From positions 1,627-65,626 of the forward strand of contig CALXFF010000003.1 in the NCBI GenBank assembly GCA_944387525.1: DNA of 64,000 nt, in the 5' to 3' direction. Below the pieces are notes generated by a model that had not been told where the DNA came from, ran no database searches, and was given only the letters and a program-made list of their open reading frames with translations. Position 1 is the first letter of the stretch, and each line of letters starts with the position of its first letter. A program made the position numbers and the translations under genes. This stretch comes from an uncultured Clostridia bacterium. GTDB taxonomy: Bacteria; Bacillota; Clostridia; TANB77; CAG-508. Positions 28,975-38,487 of the stretch are shown here, one piece after another.

Positions 28975-29910
28975 CTACATTTCTAATAATTTCAAATCAA
29001 CATTTTCCATCTTATATTTTCCATCAACTAATTTAAAATCAACCAAAGTATTTTCCAAAGTTTCTTGATTTTGTCTTAAATCCGTTGAAAAATATAATTT
29101 AATTTGTGGTATTTCTACTTGATTTTTTACTATTTCTTTAAAACATTCTGCCATATGTTTTTCATCTTCGCAAATTAGTATTAATTGTGGCATACCACTA
29201 AATCCAGAATCTCCTGGTACGAAGTTTTCATAGAAATCTTTATATAATCTCATTTTCTCAACTAATTTCTTTTGCCAATCTTGTTCTCTTCTTACTACCT
29301 CGAAAACAAATTGTATTGATTTTCTATTTTTAGTTAATTTAACAGCTCCACCTGTTGCTTTAAATAATTTACCTGCTGATTTTGCAGTTATTGCTGGTTT
29401 TACTATATAACTATCAAATGCCTTTACCTTTCTTAAATATGCAATAATTGTTTGATTTCCAGCTAATCTTTTCTTAATCATTGGAACTGGTTTTGTATTA
29501 TCTGATGGTTGCCATTTACATTCAATTTCCTTTGAATTTAATAAATATTTTCCCATCTTCTCTAAGCAATAAATACGATAAATTCCCTTTCCTTCATCAG
29601 ATGTAAAATAATATCTTGTCAATATCTTTGATTTTACTAATTGGTCCAATTTATTATTTAATTTGTCTTGTGATTTAGGATCAATTCCTTTAATCTCTAA
29701 CATTTGATATAATTGTCTTGAAGTAATAAATTCAAATTCATTTACTAATTCTAAGATTGCAAAATGAATTTCATTTATATGTCCAATGTTAATTTTATGT
29801 ACAATTTGATTCATTGAAACATATCCGTCTTTTCCATCAAATGTTTTAATTTCTCCTTCTCTTATTGCAAAAGGTGATACTTGTGCTTTAATTTGGTTAT
29901 CTTCAACCAT
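28975..29910 (-). CDS. Hypothetical protein, 311 aa (possible wHTH / replication-relaxation-like, low confidence)
   Basis: Long ORF with a GGGGG RBS region. The function guess rests only on general resemblance. Confidence 0.45.
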   Translation of the reverse strand: MVEDNQIKAQVSPFAIREGEIKTFDGKDGYVSMNQIVHKINIGHINEIHFAILELVNEFEFITSRQLYQMLEIKGIDPKSQDKLNNKLDQLVKSKILTRYYFTSDEGKGIYRIYCLEKMGKYLLNSKEIECKWQPSDNTKPVPMIKKRLAGNQTIIAYLRKVKAFDSYIVKPAITAKSAGKLFKATGGAVKLTKNRKSIQFVFEVVRREQDWQKKLVEKMRLYKDFYENFVPGDSGFSGMPQLILICEDEKHMAECFKEIVKNQVEIPQIKLYFSTDLRQNQETLENTLVDFKLVDGKYKMENVDLKLLEM

Positions 29911-29940
29911 TTTAATTCCCCCTTAAATAATTAGAATTTT

Positions 29941-30753
29941 CTATCTATAAATTGATAATTTTATTTTCTTCTTTTGTTTATCTATTTTCTTTATATAGAC
30001 ATCAACTACTTGTCCATATTCTAATCCTTCTTCATATTCTGACATACCAACTAAATTAGGTGTTAATTCAATAAATATGCCATTTTTATTTTTTTCTGTT
30101 TCTCTAACTATTCCTTTTGCTTTTGTGCCTTGTTCAAATTTTTCTGCATTTTCTTCCCAAGTTCCAAGAGTTTCTTTATATGATAAAATAACTTTACCAT
30201 CATCTCTATTTATAGATTTTACCACAACTTGGACTTTTTGTCCAATTTTTAGCCTTTCAGAAGGACTTTTTATTCTTGCTATTGATAAATCTTCAATATG
30301 TGCCAAACCTACTACTCCTCCGCCAATCTCTATAAATGCCCCATAAGGTCTAATGTTTTTAACAATTCCTTCTACTCTTTGCCCTACTTGTAATTCATTT
30401 TTCACCCAATTCAAAGCATCTTGTTGAACTTCTTTTCTGGACAAAATCACATTATTTTTATCTTGCTGAACATCTTTTATTCTGAACTGAACAAATTTAT
30501 GAACTTTTCCTGTACATAAATTTGTTTTTGGTAATCCAGTTTCCTCAAGATTTATAGCTTCAACTTCTTCTCTTGGGATTATTCCAGTAATTCCTTTTCC
30601 TAAGTTTATATGTAGATTATAATTCTCATCACAACTTTTAACTAGTCCCTGCAAGGTTGTTTGATTTTCTTGACAGTCCTTAATATCTTCTACTGTATCT
30701 AATTTTGTAATCTCGTTATTCCATCCTTCTGGTATAAATTTAAATGTATTCAT
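29941..30753 (-). CDS. S1 RNA-binding domain protein (multiple S1 repeats)
   Basis: GQRVEGIVKNIRPYGAFIEIGGGVVGLAHIEDLS and further S1-like repeats. Confidence 0.8.
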   Translation of the reverse strand: MNTFKFIPEGWNNEITKLDTVEDIKDCQENQTTLQGLVKSCDENYNLHINLGKGITGIIPREEVEAINLEETGLPKTNLCTGKVHKFVQFRIKDVQQDKNNVILSRKEVQQDALNWVKNELQVGQRVEGIVKNIRPYGAFIEIGGGVVGLAHIEDLSIARIKSPSERLKIGQKVQVVVKSINRDDGKVILSYKETLGTWEENAEKFEQGTKAKGIVRETEKNKNGIFIELTPNLVGMSEYEEGLEYGQVVDVYIKKIDKQKKKIKLSIYR

Positions 30754-30824
30754 TTGTTATTTTCTCCTTATTCTTTCGTTTGTTCAATTATATATTTTTT
30801 GATTTTATTTTTCAATATTTTGCA

Positions 30825-31553
30825 TTATTTTTTTAAAATTCTTTTAACTTCATTTTGATTCAAAAATCTCCATTTTCCTAATGGCAAGTCTTTTACATCT
30901 ATTCCTGCTATTTTGCTTCTATGCAAAGCTAAGACTTTATGACCTACCGCTTCACACATCTTCCTTACTTGTCTATTTTTCCCTTCATGAATGGTTATTT
31001 CTAATCTTGATTGATTTTTTTCTTCATCTATTTTTAATATTTTTACTTTAGCTGGCTTGGTTATATATGTCTCTTTATCCTCTATTTTTACGCCATCTCT
31101 TAATTTTTGTACCGCTTCATTAGATACTTTTCCCTTAATTGTAACTGTATATGTTTTATCTATTTCATGTTTTGGATGTGTTACTTGATATACAAAATCT
31201 CCATCATTTGTTAAGATTAATGCTCCTGATGTATACATATCTAATCTCCCAACAGGAACAATTCTTTCTTTAACTTTAACTAAATCCAAAACTGAATTTC
31301 TACTAAATTGGTCCTTTACTGTTGTAACATATCCAATAGGTTTATTTAACAATATATAAACAGATTTATTATCATTTTGAATTTGTTTATTATTATATAA
31401 TACAACATCTTTTTGTGGATTTATTTTTGTTCTCAACTCTGTTACAACTTTTCCATTTACTTTTATTTTTCCCTGAAGTATTAATTCCTCAGCTTTTCTC
31501 CTTGATGTGATTCCACAATCCGCTATAAATTTTTGTAATCTTACTTCTTCCAT
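30825..31553 (-). CDS. rluB: RsuA/RluB-family pseudouridine synthase with S4 domain
   Basis: RLQKFIADCGITSRRKAEELILQGKIKVNG (S4 domain) plus the catalytic GRLDMYTSG. Confidence 0.85.
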   Translation of the reverse strand: MEEVRLQKFIADCGITSRRKAEELILQGKIKVNGKVVTELRTKINPQKDVVLYNNKQIQNDNKSVYILLNKPIGYVTTVKDQFSRNSVLDLVKVKERIVPVGRLDMYTSGALILTNDGDFVYQVTHPKHEIDKTYTVTIKGKVSNEAVQKLRDGVKIEDKETYITKPAKVKILKIDEEKNQSRLEITIHEGKNRQVRKMCEAVGHKVLALHRSKIAGIDVKDLPLGKWRFLNQNEVKRILKK

Positions 31554-31568
31554 TTAACTTCTCCCTTT

Positions 31569-31635
31569 CAGGGATTAAGGGACGGTCCTTTAAATCCCTG
31601 TTTTTAGGGATTTTAGCTCCGTCCCCTAATCCCTG
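31569..31635. repeat. Repeat family A, copy A6: two a-type units in inverted orientation, filling the rluD-rluB gap
   Basis: CAGGGATTAAGGGACGGTCCTTTAAATCCCTG, then TTTTT, then AGGGATTTTAGCTCCGTCCCCTAATCCCTG. The right unit supplies the rluD codons AGG GAT TAG. Confidence 0.9.
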
Positions 31636-32525
31636 CTAATTAATTCTTTCATATATTCTGGTAATTCCGCTTCTAACTTCATTTTTTTACCTGTAATAGG
31701 ATGTCTAAATTCAAGACTTTTAGCATGTAAAGCCTGTCCTTTTATCCCCCACTTATTTTTACCACTAGAATATGTACTATCTCCTATAATTGGATATCCA
31801 ATTTGAGCTAAATGCACTCTTATTTGATGTGTTCTTCCTGTTTCTATATTTACCTCTAATACTGTATAATCTTCAAATCTCTTTAATACCTTAAAATGCG
31901 TTATTGCCTCTTTACCTTTTTTGGTAACTGCCATCTTCTTTCTATCTTTCTCACTTCTTCCAATTGGCATATTTATTGTTGCTTGATTTTCTTTCACAAC
32001 TCCTCTAACAATTGCAATATATGTTTTTTTAACTTCATGATTTTTTATTTGTTCACTTAAATTAATATGTGCCTTATCATTTTTAGCTACAACTATAATT
32101 CCAGATGTATCTTTATCAAGTCTATGCACTATTCCCGGTCTTATTTCTCCACCTATTCCAGATAAAGAATCTTTACAAATTGCCATAACTGCATTTACAA
32201 GTGTACCATCTGGATTTCCATTTGCAGGATGCACTACCATACCTTTTGGTTTATTTACTACTATAATATCATTATCCTCATAAATTATATCTAATGGTAT
32301 GTTTTGTGCTTTTAACGAAATCTCCTTTGGCTGTTCTTCTTCCAATGTAATTTCATCATTTTCTTGCACTTTATATGATGGTTTAACTTTTTTGTCATTT
32401 ACTTTAACCTTTTCTTCTGAAATTAACCTTTGTATTGCAACTCTTGATAAATCTTCATTCTTTTCAGATAAATAACTATCTATTCTTTTATTTTCTTCTT
32501 CTTTTTCTACAATAAACTTTTTCAC
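31626..32525 (-). CDS. rluD: RluA-family 23S rRNA pseudouridine synthase RluD
   Basis: S4-like N-terminus and catalytic HRLDKDTSGIIVVAKN. lspA-rluD synteny. Confidence 0.88.
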   Translation of the reverse strand: MKKFIVEKEEENKRIDSYLSEKNEDLSRVAIQRLISEEKVKVNDKKVKPSYKVQENDEITLEEEQPKEISLKAQNIPLDIIYEDNDIIVVNKPKGMVVHPANGNPDGTLVNAVMAICKDSLSGIGGEIRPGIVHRLDKDTSGIIVVAKNDKAHINLSEQIKNHEVKKTYIAIVRGVVKENQATINMPIGRSEKDRKKMAVTKKGKEAITHFKVLKRFEDYTVLEVNIETGRTHQIRVHLAQIGYPIIGDSTYSSGKNKWGIKGQALHAKSLEFRHPITGKKMKLEAELPEYMKELISRD

Positions 32526-32592
32526 TTTAACTTCCTCATCTCTATATTACTCTCTCATTTTAGACTAATTCTTTTCTTAAATAAAATTATAA

Positions 32593-33060
32593 CTATTTTT
32601 CAGTTTTTCTTCTTAATTCTTTTGCAGTAAAATAAGTAAACTTTCCAACAACTAAAATCCACCCAACTAAAACAAATATATCAGCTATATTAAACATTGG
32701 TAACCATTCTATTTTACTGACACTTATCCATTCCAACACATATCCTCTTGCAATTCTATCTATCAAATTAGATATTCCTCCTGCAATTATAAAACTAAGA
32801 AATACTTTTAATATCTTATCGATAAACTGATTTTGTGACAACATAAATCTTGCAATAATAAGTATTATTATTAGATTAGTAACTATATACATCATTGCAG
32901 AATTTGAATCTGCACCAGATATTGAATAAGTATTTTGTTCAATATCTATATTTCCTACATTTTGAATAATGATTTTTGATATCTGGTCAATTACTATTAT
33001 TGCAATAATTATTATAATTATTGCAATACCAAATTTATTAATCTTTTTTACATTTTTCAA
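32593..33060 (-). CDS. lspA: Lipoprotein signal peptidase II
   Basis: 155 aa with four TM segments. NLIDRI and FNIADIFV motifs. Confidence 0.85.
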   Translation of the reverse strand: MKNVKKINKFGIAIIIIIIAIIVIDQISKIIIQNVGNIDIEQNTYSISGADSNSAMMYIVTNLIIILIIARFMLSQNQFIDKILKVFLSFIIAGGISNLIDRIARGYVLEWISVSKIEWLPMFNIADIFVLVGWILVVGKFTYFTAKELRRKTEK

Positions 33061-33081
33061 TTTAACTTTAACCCCTTCAAA

Positions 33082-33115
33082 AATGTCTCACATAGAAACG
33101 TCCCTATTGAGACAC
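33082..33115 (+). repeat. Repeat family B, copy B1 (degenerate)
   Basis: AATGTCTCA-CATAGAAACGTCCCTAT-TGAGACAC. Contains the stop codon of the 550-aa gene. Confidence 0.75.
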
Positions 33116-34756
33116 TCTCTCATAAATCACAAAGTAATCATCTTTGTATAGTTCTTTATAATGTGGATCATGCGTTTTTGTTATTATCATATTCATTTTA
33201 GAATTATCATAAGTTATTACATGAGTTATATCATATTTTTCAAATATATCTTCATAGAACTTTCCAATACTTGATGTTTCTATGAAATCCATAAATATAT
33301 CGTCCGCTTGTCCATTGAATTCTGGAGAATATAAATCTGCTCTTGAATCTATAAATACTGGTATTCCCCTAAATAACATATAACTTCCATAATTATATTC
33401 GTTATAAAATCTTGCTGTTCCTAAATCAATATTTTCTAATATATAATCACATGCTGCAACTGGATATGCTGTTTCATCTATATAGGTGTCATTAAACTTG
33501 TCTTTAGCAAAATAATAACTTAAACCTAAACCTACTAATGTCAATAAAATTATTCCTATTTTATTTGTTAATACCTTTACTGCATTTTTATCTAAATCTT
33601 TACTATATATTCTAACCATTTCCATTAGTAATTTTCCTAATATAACACTTCCTATTATTGCAAACATTGTTATTTGTCTTCTAGAATCTAACATTAAATA
33701 TGCTAAGCCACCTATCATAAATAAATCACATAATCGGATTTTCGCTTTTGTAAATGTTAAAACTGCTAAAAATAAAATTATTGCACACAAAGCATCAACA
33801 TCACTAGATAAGGTCATTGGTAAATGTTCATTGATATTTTGTGTTGTATTTCCTTGCATTGTTTTATATAAATATGTATAAGGTGTATCTCCTAGTGGTG
33901 TCAATAGTCCAGTAAATAAACAAATAATCATTATTAAAATTAACCACTTTACATTCTTATTTTTTACTAATTTTATTTTATATGGATTTTGTAATTCTTT
34001 TGTTCTCTTTATTTTTATTTTATCTACTTTTTCTTCTAAATCTTTCAACTTTTGTTGTAACTTTTCTAATTTTTCATTGTTCCTTTGACTCTTTTCTAAT
34101 GCTTTAATTTTATCTTTCAACAAGAATATTTTTACTTTTTTGTAAAGTATCGTTTCTGCTAATATTGCTATTAGATATTCTGCAATATATGGTAAATATA
34201 ATACAAAATAAAATGGGAATACTGCCACATGTAAATTTGCTATTAATATAGGTATGATAATTAACCCTACTGCATATCGTTTTTTCTTTGTCTCTAAAAA
34301 CTTCTCTATTAAGAATATTGTCAATATAAATAATATAAATGTCACCAACTGTGCTCTTGCTGTAATGTATCCTCTTATTACATACATTACTCCTATCGTA
34401 ATAAAAAATGAGAAAAATTGATTTTTAGCTATTTTTGTATTTACTAGATATATAGACCATCCTAATATTACTGATAATATACATGTTGATATATATATTC
34501 CTGTAAATCCAAAAAGGGTATATACAAAATATGTTATTAAATCATAAAGCCAATGTGGGTATGTATATGGCAAATTCTCATGCCAAGAAAATGGATCTTG
34601 CATATCTACTCCATAATTTGCAATATGTTCTCCAATTTTTATTGTATAAAATGTGTCATTTTGCAATGTCACAGGTGTTAATGCAATACAGACTATTGCT
34701 ATCAGTACTAATGCCAATATAGTAAATTTAAGATTTGATTTTTCCATTGTATTCAT
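33104..34756 (-). CDS. Large polytopic membrane protein with an internal coiled-coil insert (glycosyltransferase-C/ArnT-like fold suspected)
   Basis: 550 aa with more than 10 predicted TM helices and a KxxE-rich insert around residues 205-255. The true start may be the Met at codon 4. The function is a guess. Confidence 0.6.
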   Translation of the reverse strand: MNTMEKSNLKFTILALVLIAIVCIALTPVTLQNDTFYTIKIGEHIANYGVDMQDPFSWHENLPYTYPHWLYDLITYFVYTLFGFTGIYISTCILSVILGWSIYLVNTKIAKNQFFSFFITIGVMYVIRGYITARAQLVTFILFILTIFLIEKFLETKKKRYAVGLIIIPILIANLHVAVFPFYFVLYLPYIAEYLIAILAETILYKKVKIFLLKDKIKALEKSQRNNEKLEKLQQKLKDLEEKVDKIKIKRTKELQNPYKIKLVKNKNVKWLILIMIICLFTGLLTPLGDTPYTYLYKTMQGNTTQNINEHLPMTLSSDVDALCAIILFLAVLTFTKAKIRLCDLFMIGGLAYLMLDSRRQITMFAIIGSVILGKLLMEMVRIYSKDLDKNAVKVLTNKIGIILLTLVGLGLSYYFAKDKFNDTYIDETAYPVAACDYILENIDLGTARFYNEYNYGSYMLFRGIPVFIDSRADLYSPEFNGQADDIFMDFIETSSIGKFYEDIFEKYDITHVITYDNSKMNMIITKTHDPHYKELYKDDYFVIYERVSQ

Positions 34757-34848
34757 TCCTTTGCTTTTTTATTTTTTTTAATATAACATATTTTTATTTT
34801 TTTTACAATGTATTAATGTCTATACAATTCATTTTTCTAATTCAAATT

Positions 34849-34877
34849 TTGACTTTTATGTTAAATAGTAGTATAAT
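34849..34877 (+). promoter_or_regulatory. Sigma-A type promoter (TTGACT-17-TATAAT) for the small zinc-ribbon gene
   Basis: TTGACT at 34849-34854 and TATAAT at 34872-34877. Confidence 0.55.
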
Positions 34878-34947
34878 ATAAGTGTAACTTGTAAAATTCA
34901 AACAGTATGAAAGTCCTTCTAGATTAAGAAGGCAGAAAGGAAAAAAA

Positions 34948-35121
34948 ATGGCTTACAATTTAAAATCAAAATCTTTAATTTGCGAAAATTGCAAAGGGAA
35001 ACACTGGGATCCAAGTAATCAGGCAAAAACGCAAGAAGCTGTATTGAAAGAATACGGGCAGATTGCTAATAACTGCGTAAATGGACATGGCGGAGTAGTA
35101 TATTGTCCCTATGCAAAATAG
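34948..35121 (+). CDS. Small Cys-rich (zinc-ribbon-like) protein, 57 aa; below the ORF-track cutoff
   Basis: ATG at 34948 after GAAAGGA. Translation is MAYNLKSKSLICENCKGKHWDPSNQAKTQEAVLKEYGQIANNCVNGHGGVVYCPYAK. A strong terminator follows. About 40% GC. Confidence 0.55.
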   Translation: MAYNLKSKSLICENCKGKHWDPSNQAKTQEAVLKEYGQIANNCVNGHGGVVYCPYAK

Positions 35122-35127
35122 CCATTC

Positions 35128-35158
35128 GGAGAGAGAATTTTCTCTCTCCTTTCTTTTT
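35128..35158 (+). terminator. Rho-independent terminator
   Basis: GGAGAGAG pairs with CTCTCTCC across a 6-nt loop, followed by TTTCTTTTT. Confidence 0.75.
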
Positions 35159-35206
35159 AGCTAAAAAACACTCTTTAATTTAAAATTTATAATTCAAAGT
35201 GATTTG

Positions 35207-35235
35207 TTGACATTTTATGTAAAATATTGTATAAT
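35207..35235 (+). promoter_or_regulatory. Sigma-A type promoter (TTGACA-17-TATAAT)
   Basis: TTGACA at 35207-35212 and TATAAT at 35230-35235, with TG immediately upstream of the -10. Confidence 0.6.
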
Positions 35236-35281
35236 CTTTTTGTCACAAGTTCATTGTTTTCCAAAAATGGAGGAAAATACT

Positions 35282-35656
35282 ATGAAAAAAATATCTTATA
35301 ATGAGGCTTTATCACTACTCAAGCATGGATTTTTCCCAAAATGTGAAGTTTCGCGGGATTTATTAAAACCTGTGAAATCTGAACAGGAACTCAAAAACTT
35401 TTCAGAACTTTCTTCTGTTCAGAAATGCCAGTTCTATGGTTATGAACAGAATGAAATTGAAAATTTCAAAGTTCCTGATGGTGATTTAGAGCTATCTGTA
35501 AATGAAGCAACAGATATGCTTGTCAGTGGGGAGACAATCTATGCTCGAGTAATAGGGGAGAACGAGCGGAGCTTTAACAATTTGAATTCATTTGTTGCAT
35601 TTTTAAGAAAATGTAACATAAATGGAGACAATTTTCTCCTCTACTCACGTGATTAG
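35282..35656 (+). CDS. Hypothetical protein, 124 aa (two ordinary in-frame CGG codons)
   Basis: GGAGG lies 8 nt before ATG 35282. No family recognised. GC clearly above the local background. Confidence 0.5.
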   Translation: MKKISYNEALSLLKHGFFPKCEVSRDLLKPVKSEQELKNFSELSSVQKCQFYGYEQNEIENFKVPDGDLELSVNEATDMLVSGETIYARVIGENERSFNNLNSFVAFLRKCNINGDNFLLYSRD

Positions 35657-35659
35657 TCT

Positions 35660-35709
35660 GTAAAAGCACTCTTAAGAATAGTTAATTACTTTCTTTAGAG
35701 TGCTTTTAC
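35660..35709. terminator. Hairpin between convergent genes (13-bp stem)
   Basis: GTAAAAGCACTCT (35660-35672) pairs with AGAGTGCTTTTAC (35697-35709). Confidence 0.55.
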
Positions 35710-35711
35710 TG

Positions 35712-37673
35712 TTACATTTTTACTACTAACTTATCAAATTTAGAATTTATATATTTTTTCAATTTTGTCATAAATTCATCTGGTTCAATTTCCTTTTTTG
35801 CCACCATATCTAAGCCTTTTTCCCAACTAGCAGTAAGTTTAGGATTCAACATGTCTGGCATAGATAACTTTACAATATCATAAATCTTTTCACCCTTATT
35901 AGTAGGTGTTACTATTTGTGTTTTTTTGTTTATTTCAATATATCGAATTTTTTCTAGTTTTTCTATAATTCCACCTCTTGTTGCACTTGTACCAATTCCT
36001 GCACCTTTTATTTGTTCTCTTAATTCTTCATCTTCAATTAATTTTCCGGCATTTTCCATAGCAAGAATAAGCGAACCTGAATTGTATCTACTTGGTGGAG
36101 ATGTTTCCGCTTCTTTTATCTCAAAGTTCTGTATTTCTATTTTCTGTCCTTTTTTCAGATTTTTTAATATTTCTAAGCTGCTACTTTCATCTTCTTTTTC
36201 CACATTTTTTTCATTTGTTGTAGAATTTTTATTTTGTGGTTTTAAAATTTCTAAATACCCTTGATTCACACATACTTTCTCACTTGCATAAAAGTTTTCA
36301 ATATTTTTCTTTTCTTCATCCATTTCGACATCTACAGTTACCTGAACTTTACTATATTCAGCAGGTGGATAAAAAATTGCTAAAAATCTTTTTACTATTA
36401 CTTTATATATTTGCTTTTGTAAATCTGGTAATTGATTAAAATTCTCATATCCTTGTCCTGTTGGTATTATTGCATAGTGGTCAGTTATTTTACTATCATT
36501 AACATATTTTGTTTTTAATATATTTGTTGAATATTTTTCATCTACCATCTTCTTTATATACCCTTGAATTTCTTCATCTTTCATACCTCTTGCAATTCCA
36601 TTTAGATTTTTTGTTATTTCTTTTGCAACTGCAGTTGAAAGAACTCTTGCATCTGTTCTTGGATATGTTACTAATTTTTTTTCATATAAATTTTGTATAA
36701 CATCTAATGTCTCATCTGGTTTTATTTTAAACCTTTTTGTACATTCATTTTGTATCTCTGCTAGATTAAATAATAGTGGTGGATTTTCTTTTTGCTTAGA
36801 TTTTTTTAAACTACTTATTACTGCATTTTTTCCTGCTAATAACGATATGAATTCTTTACTATCAGCTTCTTTTTTAAATCCAGTTTCATTATATAGTTTT
36901 GGAGATTCAAAATATTTTGATTTTTCATTTACTTTCCACTCTGCTCTAAAAGATGAATTACTTTCTCCAAATTCTCCAACTATTTTATAATATTTTGTTT
37001 TCACAAAGTTTCTTATTTCTCTTTCTCTAGAAACTATCATTCCCAAAACACAAGTCATAACTCTACCAACTGAAATCGATGCCTTATCTTCTTGCAAACT
37101 TTGCGCTAGTCTTCTTCCATAAATAATTGAAAGCAATCTTGAAAAATTAATTCCGATTAAATAGTCTTCTTTTGCCCTCAAATATGCACTATCTGATAAA
37201 CTATCATATTCAGATAGTGGTTTTGCTTCTCTAATTCCTCTTAATATTTCTTCTTCTGTTTGTGAATCTATCCAAACCCTTTTCATTTTTGCTTTTGGAT
37301 TTGGCTTTGCCATCATAAAAACCAGCCTTTGTATGTATTCTCCTTCACGTCCAGAGTCACCAGCATTATATATTTCATCTATATCTTCTCTTTGCATTAA
37401 TTCTTTTACTATATTAAATTGGTTAGCAACATTTGGAATTATTTCATATTTCCACTCTTCTGGTATAAATGGTAATGTGTCTAATCTCCAAAATTTCAAT
37501 TTTTCATCATATTTTTCTGGATAGCTCATTGTTACTAAATGTCCGACACACCATGTTATTATCCACTTATCTGACTCCAGATATCCATTTTTTCTATTCG
37601 TTGTAATTTTTAATGCCTTTGCAAATTCCATTGCAACAGACGGCTTTTCTGTAATTAATAAACTTTTGCCCAT
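35712..37673 (-). CDS. topB: DNA topoisomerase III
   Basis: 653 aa. Toprim N-terminus (LLITEKPSVAMEFAKAL, DSGREGE) and a type IA core. Confidence 0.85.
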   Translation of the reverse strand: MGKSLLITEKPSVAMEFAKALKITTNRKNGYLESDKWIITWCVGHLVTMSYPEKYDEKLKFWRLDTLPFIPEEWKYEIIPNVANQFNIVKELMQREDIDEIYNAGDSGREGEYIQRLVFMMAKPNPKAKMKRVWIDSQTEEEILRGIREAKPLSEYDSLSDSAYLRAKEDYLIGINFSRLLSIIYGRRLAQSLQEDKASISVGRVMTCVLGMIVSREREIRNFVKTKYYKIVGEFGESNSSFRAEWKVNEKSKYFESPKLYNETGFKKEADSKEFISLLAGKNAVISSLKKSKQKENPPLLFNLAEIQNECTKRFKIKPDETLDVIQNLYEKKLVTYPRTDARVLSTAVAKEITKNLNGIARGMKDEEIQGYIKKMVDEKYSTNILKTKYVNDSKITDHYAIIPTGQGYENFNQLPDLQKQIYKVIVKRFLAIFYPPAEYSKVQVTVDVEMDEEKKNIENFYASEKVCVNQGYLEILKPQNKNSTTNEKNVEKEDESSSLEILKNLKKGQKIEIQNFEIKEAETSPPSRYNSGSLILAMENAGKLIEDEELREQIKGAGIGTSATRGGIIEKLEKIRYIEINKKTQIVTPTNKGEKIYDIVKLSMPDMLNPKLTASWEKGLDMVAKKEIEPDEFMTKLKKYINSKFDKLVVKM

Positions 37674-37687
37674 ATACTGTCATACCT

Positions 37688-38452
37688 TCATTTCATATTT
37701 TTTATTCTATCTTCAACATAATTATTTGCTATACTTCGTATTTCGTTAAATTGCTTTTTTACATTTTCATCTTGTATTTCAAATTTGTCCATAATTTTAT
37801 TTATATAGTCATTTTCTTTTATAATTTTAAAACTTTCTTGATAGTAAATATCATAAATATTTGAAATCATTGATATTATTCCGTCAATTTTAGTTTCTAT
37901 ATTTTCTCTATGTACTTTTATTTGATTATAAAATTCTTCTATTACGTTTTGTGTAATTTCATCTTGCACTTTTGTTCCATTCTTCCAAAATAACATTTCT
38001 GCTTGATATAATATATCTAATTTATCACTGTCTCTAATTATTTTACAAAACACTAGAGTTTCATCATCTAAAATTTTTTCTATTTCATATTTACTATGAT
38101 TAATAATTGCTGTTTTTATAATATTATCATATTTACTATCTTCTATATATTTTCTAATGTAATCATCTTTTTCTAAAATTTTTACTGCAGCTTCACCGTG
38201 TTCTACTTTCTCTAAATCTTTATATATACTTTTTTCACTTCTTTGATCAATTTTTCCTATATCATGTAAAAGTCCAATTAAAGTTGCAACTTCTATTTCT
38301 TCATCTGGCAAATTCAAGCTTTTAGCTATTTTTTCACTTATTTTTGATACTCTAAAACTATGTCCTACTTTCCTTTCAGTTTCAGGATTATTTAAATCAT
38401 AATTGCTTATGTACTTCTCAAATTCCTTTTTAGTACTTTCTAAATCTATCAT
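37688..38452 (-). CDS. HD-domain phosphohydrolase (paralogue 2)
   Basis: VGHSFRVSKISEKIA ... LIGLLHDIGKIDQ ... RDSDKLDIL. Confidence 0.75.
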   Translation of the reverse strand: MIDLESTKKEFEKYISNYDLNNPETERKVGHSFRVSKISEKIAKSLNLPDEEIEVATLIGLLHDIGKIDQRSEKSIYKDLEKVEHGEAAVKILEKDDYIRKYIEDSKYDNIIKTAIINHSKYEIEKILDDETLVFCKIIRDSDKLDILYQAEMLFWKNGTKVQDEITQNVIEEFYNQIKVHRENIETKIDGIISMISNIYDIYYQESFKIIKENDYINKIMDKFEIQDENVKKQFNEIRSIANNYVEDRIKNMK

Positions 38453-38487
38453 TTATTTCTTACTCCTTATTTACACATGTTTGCTTT

